Source: Gemmatimonadota bacterium
GTDB lineage: Bacteria > Gemmatimonadota > Gemmatimonadetes > Gemmatimonadales > GWC2-71-9
DNA: 21,371 nucleotides
Direction: 5' to 3'
Assembly (NCBI GenBank): GCA_039591655.1
Contig: JBDHDE010000048.1
Span: 1-21,371, forward strand
Part shown: piece after piece, positions 19,901 through 21,371 of the stretch
Position numbering within the stretch: position 1 is the first letter of the stretch
Layout: every line of letters begins with the position of its first letter
Made by a program: the position numbers and the translations under genes
Notes under the pieces: model-generated
Told to the model about the DNA's origin: nothing
What the model saw: only the letters and a program-made list of their open reading frames with translations
Database searches by the model: none

Positions 19901-20293
19901 TTAGGCGCCCTTTCCCAGCAGCACGACGACCGCGGCCGCGGCCGTCTCGGTGTGGGTGAGCGAGACCATCATCGAGCCGACCCCGAGGCGCTGGGCCACC
20001 TCTTCAGCTCGGCCGTGGAACAGCAGTGTGGGACGGCCGTCGTCGCGCCGGGCAACCTCGACCTCGCGCCACCCGATCCACCCGGTCTCGCCGTCCTGGT
20101 TCAGCGCCTTGAACGCCGCTTCCTTGGCGGCGAGCCGCGCGGCCACGTGGCGCGCCGGCGCCGCCTGCTCCACGCAGTAGGCGCGCTCGCTCTCGGTGAG
20201 GACCCTGGCGAGCACCCGGTCTCCCTTGCTGTCGAGCATCCGCGCCACCCGCGGCACGTCCACCAGGTCGATGCCGATCCCCAGGTGCGTCAT
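19901..20293 (-). CDS. acpS: Holo-[acyl-carrier-protein] synthase
   Basis: GIGIDLV...LTESE...AARLAAKEAAFKAL...GRP...VSLTH. Start set at ATG 20293 (TGATG overlap). Confidence 0.96.
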   Translation of the reverse strand: MTHLGIGIDLVDVPRVARMLDSKGDRVLARVLTESERAYCVEQAAPARHVAARLAAKEAAFKALNQDGETGWIGWREVEVARRDDGRPTLLFHGRAEEVAQRLGVGSMMVSLTHTETAAAAVVVLLGKGA

Positions 20294-21033
20294 CAGGCGG
20301 TCACCCTGCCCCACGTATCCACGAGCCACCCCGGCACCCCGATATACCCTCCGAGGATGAGCCCCAGCCACACGGCGGCGGCTAGTGCGATTGCCCCCAC
20401 GACCACCACCGGCCACAGCGGCCTGCGCCACCGCTCGACCTCGCCCACCACCCGCCGCCACCGCGCCACCTCGACATCAATGGCCTGCTCCAGCTCGAGC
20501 CACGCCGCCTCGAGGCGTCGGGCGCAGGTGGTCAGCGCATCCTGCCACGCCTCCACCTCCAGGCGCTCCAAGGCGGTGGCCTCGAGCGCCAGGGCGGCGC
20601 AGTCTTCCAAGCGATCCAGCGCCGGAACCAGCTCCGCGCCGGCCGAGCCCAGGCGAGCGGCCAGGGCTCCCTGCTCGGCAGCACCCAGCTCGAGTCGCTC
20701 CCGCCGCCGATTGGGCATCCGCACGGCCAGCGCCGCGGCATCGATCCATGCCGTCACCCGAGCCATCAGCATCTCGGCGACCCCCGCCACGGTTTCTTCC
20801 CACGCCTCCAGCCACGCGGTACGCCCCACGGCTGCCAGCGCCGCCTGTCGCTCCTCCCGCGCCGCGAGCCGGCGCGCTTCCCCCGCGCTCTCGAACAGGC
20901 GGGTGGCCAACCGGTAGCGCAACGCATCCAGCTCAAGGCCACCCGGGTCCTTGCCGGTGCCCGTAATCACCTTGCCGAGGTACGGGCCCAGCTCCGGGAC
21001 TCTGAGCGGGATGAGCAGCTTGGGATTGGTCAT
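20293..21033 (-). CDS. Hypothetical helical protein with C-terminal membrane anchor (246 aa)
   Basis: Start ATG 21033 (MTNPKLLIPLRVPELGP...) overlaps the HAD stop (ATGA) and the stop overlaps the acpS start. Ala/Glu/Arg/Leu-rich, with a hydrophobic C-terminal helix. Confidence 0.85.
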   Translation of the reverse strand: MTNPKLLIPLRVPELGPYLGKVITGTGKDPGGLELDALRYRLATRLFESAGEARRLAAREERQAALAAVGRTAWLEAWEETVAGVAEMLMARVTAWIDAAALAVRMPNRRRERLELGAAEQGALAARLGSAGAELVPALDRLEDCAALALEATALERLEVEAWQDALTTCARRLEAAWLELEQAIDVEVARWRRVVGEVERWRRPLWPVVVVGAIALAAAVWLGLILGGYIGVPGWLVDTWGRVTA

Positions 21034-21371
21034 GTGTAGATGGCGTCGATCACCGGCTGGGAGGCCGAGAAGTTGTCGAACACGGCGAACGCCCCGGCGA
21101 CCTTGAGCTCCTCGGCCGTATGCCACCCCGTGGCCACACCGATGGCCCGGGCGCCCACCCCGTTGCCGCAGGTCATATCGGAAGGAGTGTCCCCGATGAT
21201 CACGATCTCCTCGCCCTGGGGCACGCGTCCCATCAGGGGCGCCGCCCGCTCGGCGGCGATGGGCGGCAGCTCGCTGCGGAACGCGGAATCCGAACCGAAG
21301 GCCCCCACCCTGAAGCGCGACACGTCGATCCCCGCCGCCCCGAGCTTGAGCGTCGCTCCCCGCTCCAGGTT
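21030..21371 (-). CDS. HAD-superfamily hydrolase (phosphoglycolate phosphatase-like), C-terminal part; runs off the right edge
   Basis: The frame is open to the window edge: NLERGATLKLGAAGID...GAFGSD...IIGDTPSD...IGVATG. Confidence 0.92.
   Translation of the reverse strand, partial: NLERGATLKLGAAGIDVSRFRVGAFGSDSAFRSELPPIAAERAAPLMGRVPQGEEIVIIGDTPSDMTCGNGVGARAIGVATGWHTAEELKVAGAFAVFDNFSASQPVIDAIYT

Overview
A very GC-rich bacterial chromosomal segment of mostly housekeeping genes. Gene content and style suggest Gemmatimonadota, which is an inference and was not checked. A divergent intergenic region (698-888) separates a minus-strand lipoprotein plus EamA transporter pair from a ~14.7 kb, tightly coupled plus-strand run of 20 genes: yebC-ruvC-ruvA-[54-aa Cys4 zinc-ribbon ORF absent from the ORF track]-ruvB-queA-tgt-yajC-def-fmt-thiE/tenI-thiS-thiG-rsmB-[TM+3xPASTA]-rpe-[TlpA]-[YbbR/CdaR-like]-tsaD-lgt. 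This run converges tail-to-tail on a minus-strand block: HAD hydrolase, unknown membrane protein, acpS, cytochrome c-FTR1 iron permease fusion, lipobox-bearing mltG and a stand-alone Hanks-type Ser/Thr kinase. I see no mobile elements, CRISPR arrays, tRNAs or rRNAs. The best candidates for something new are (i) the zinc-ribbon microprotein coupled to ruvB, (ii) a possible split PASTA/kinase envelope-signalling set with lipidated MltG and an orphan CdaR-like protein, and (iii) two potentially structured intergenic sequences.
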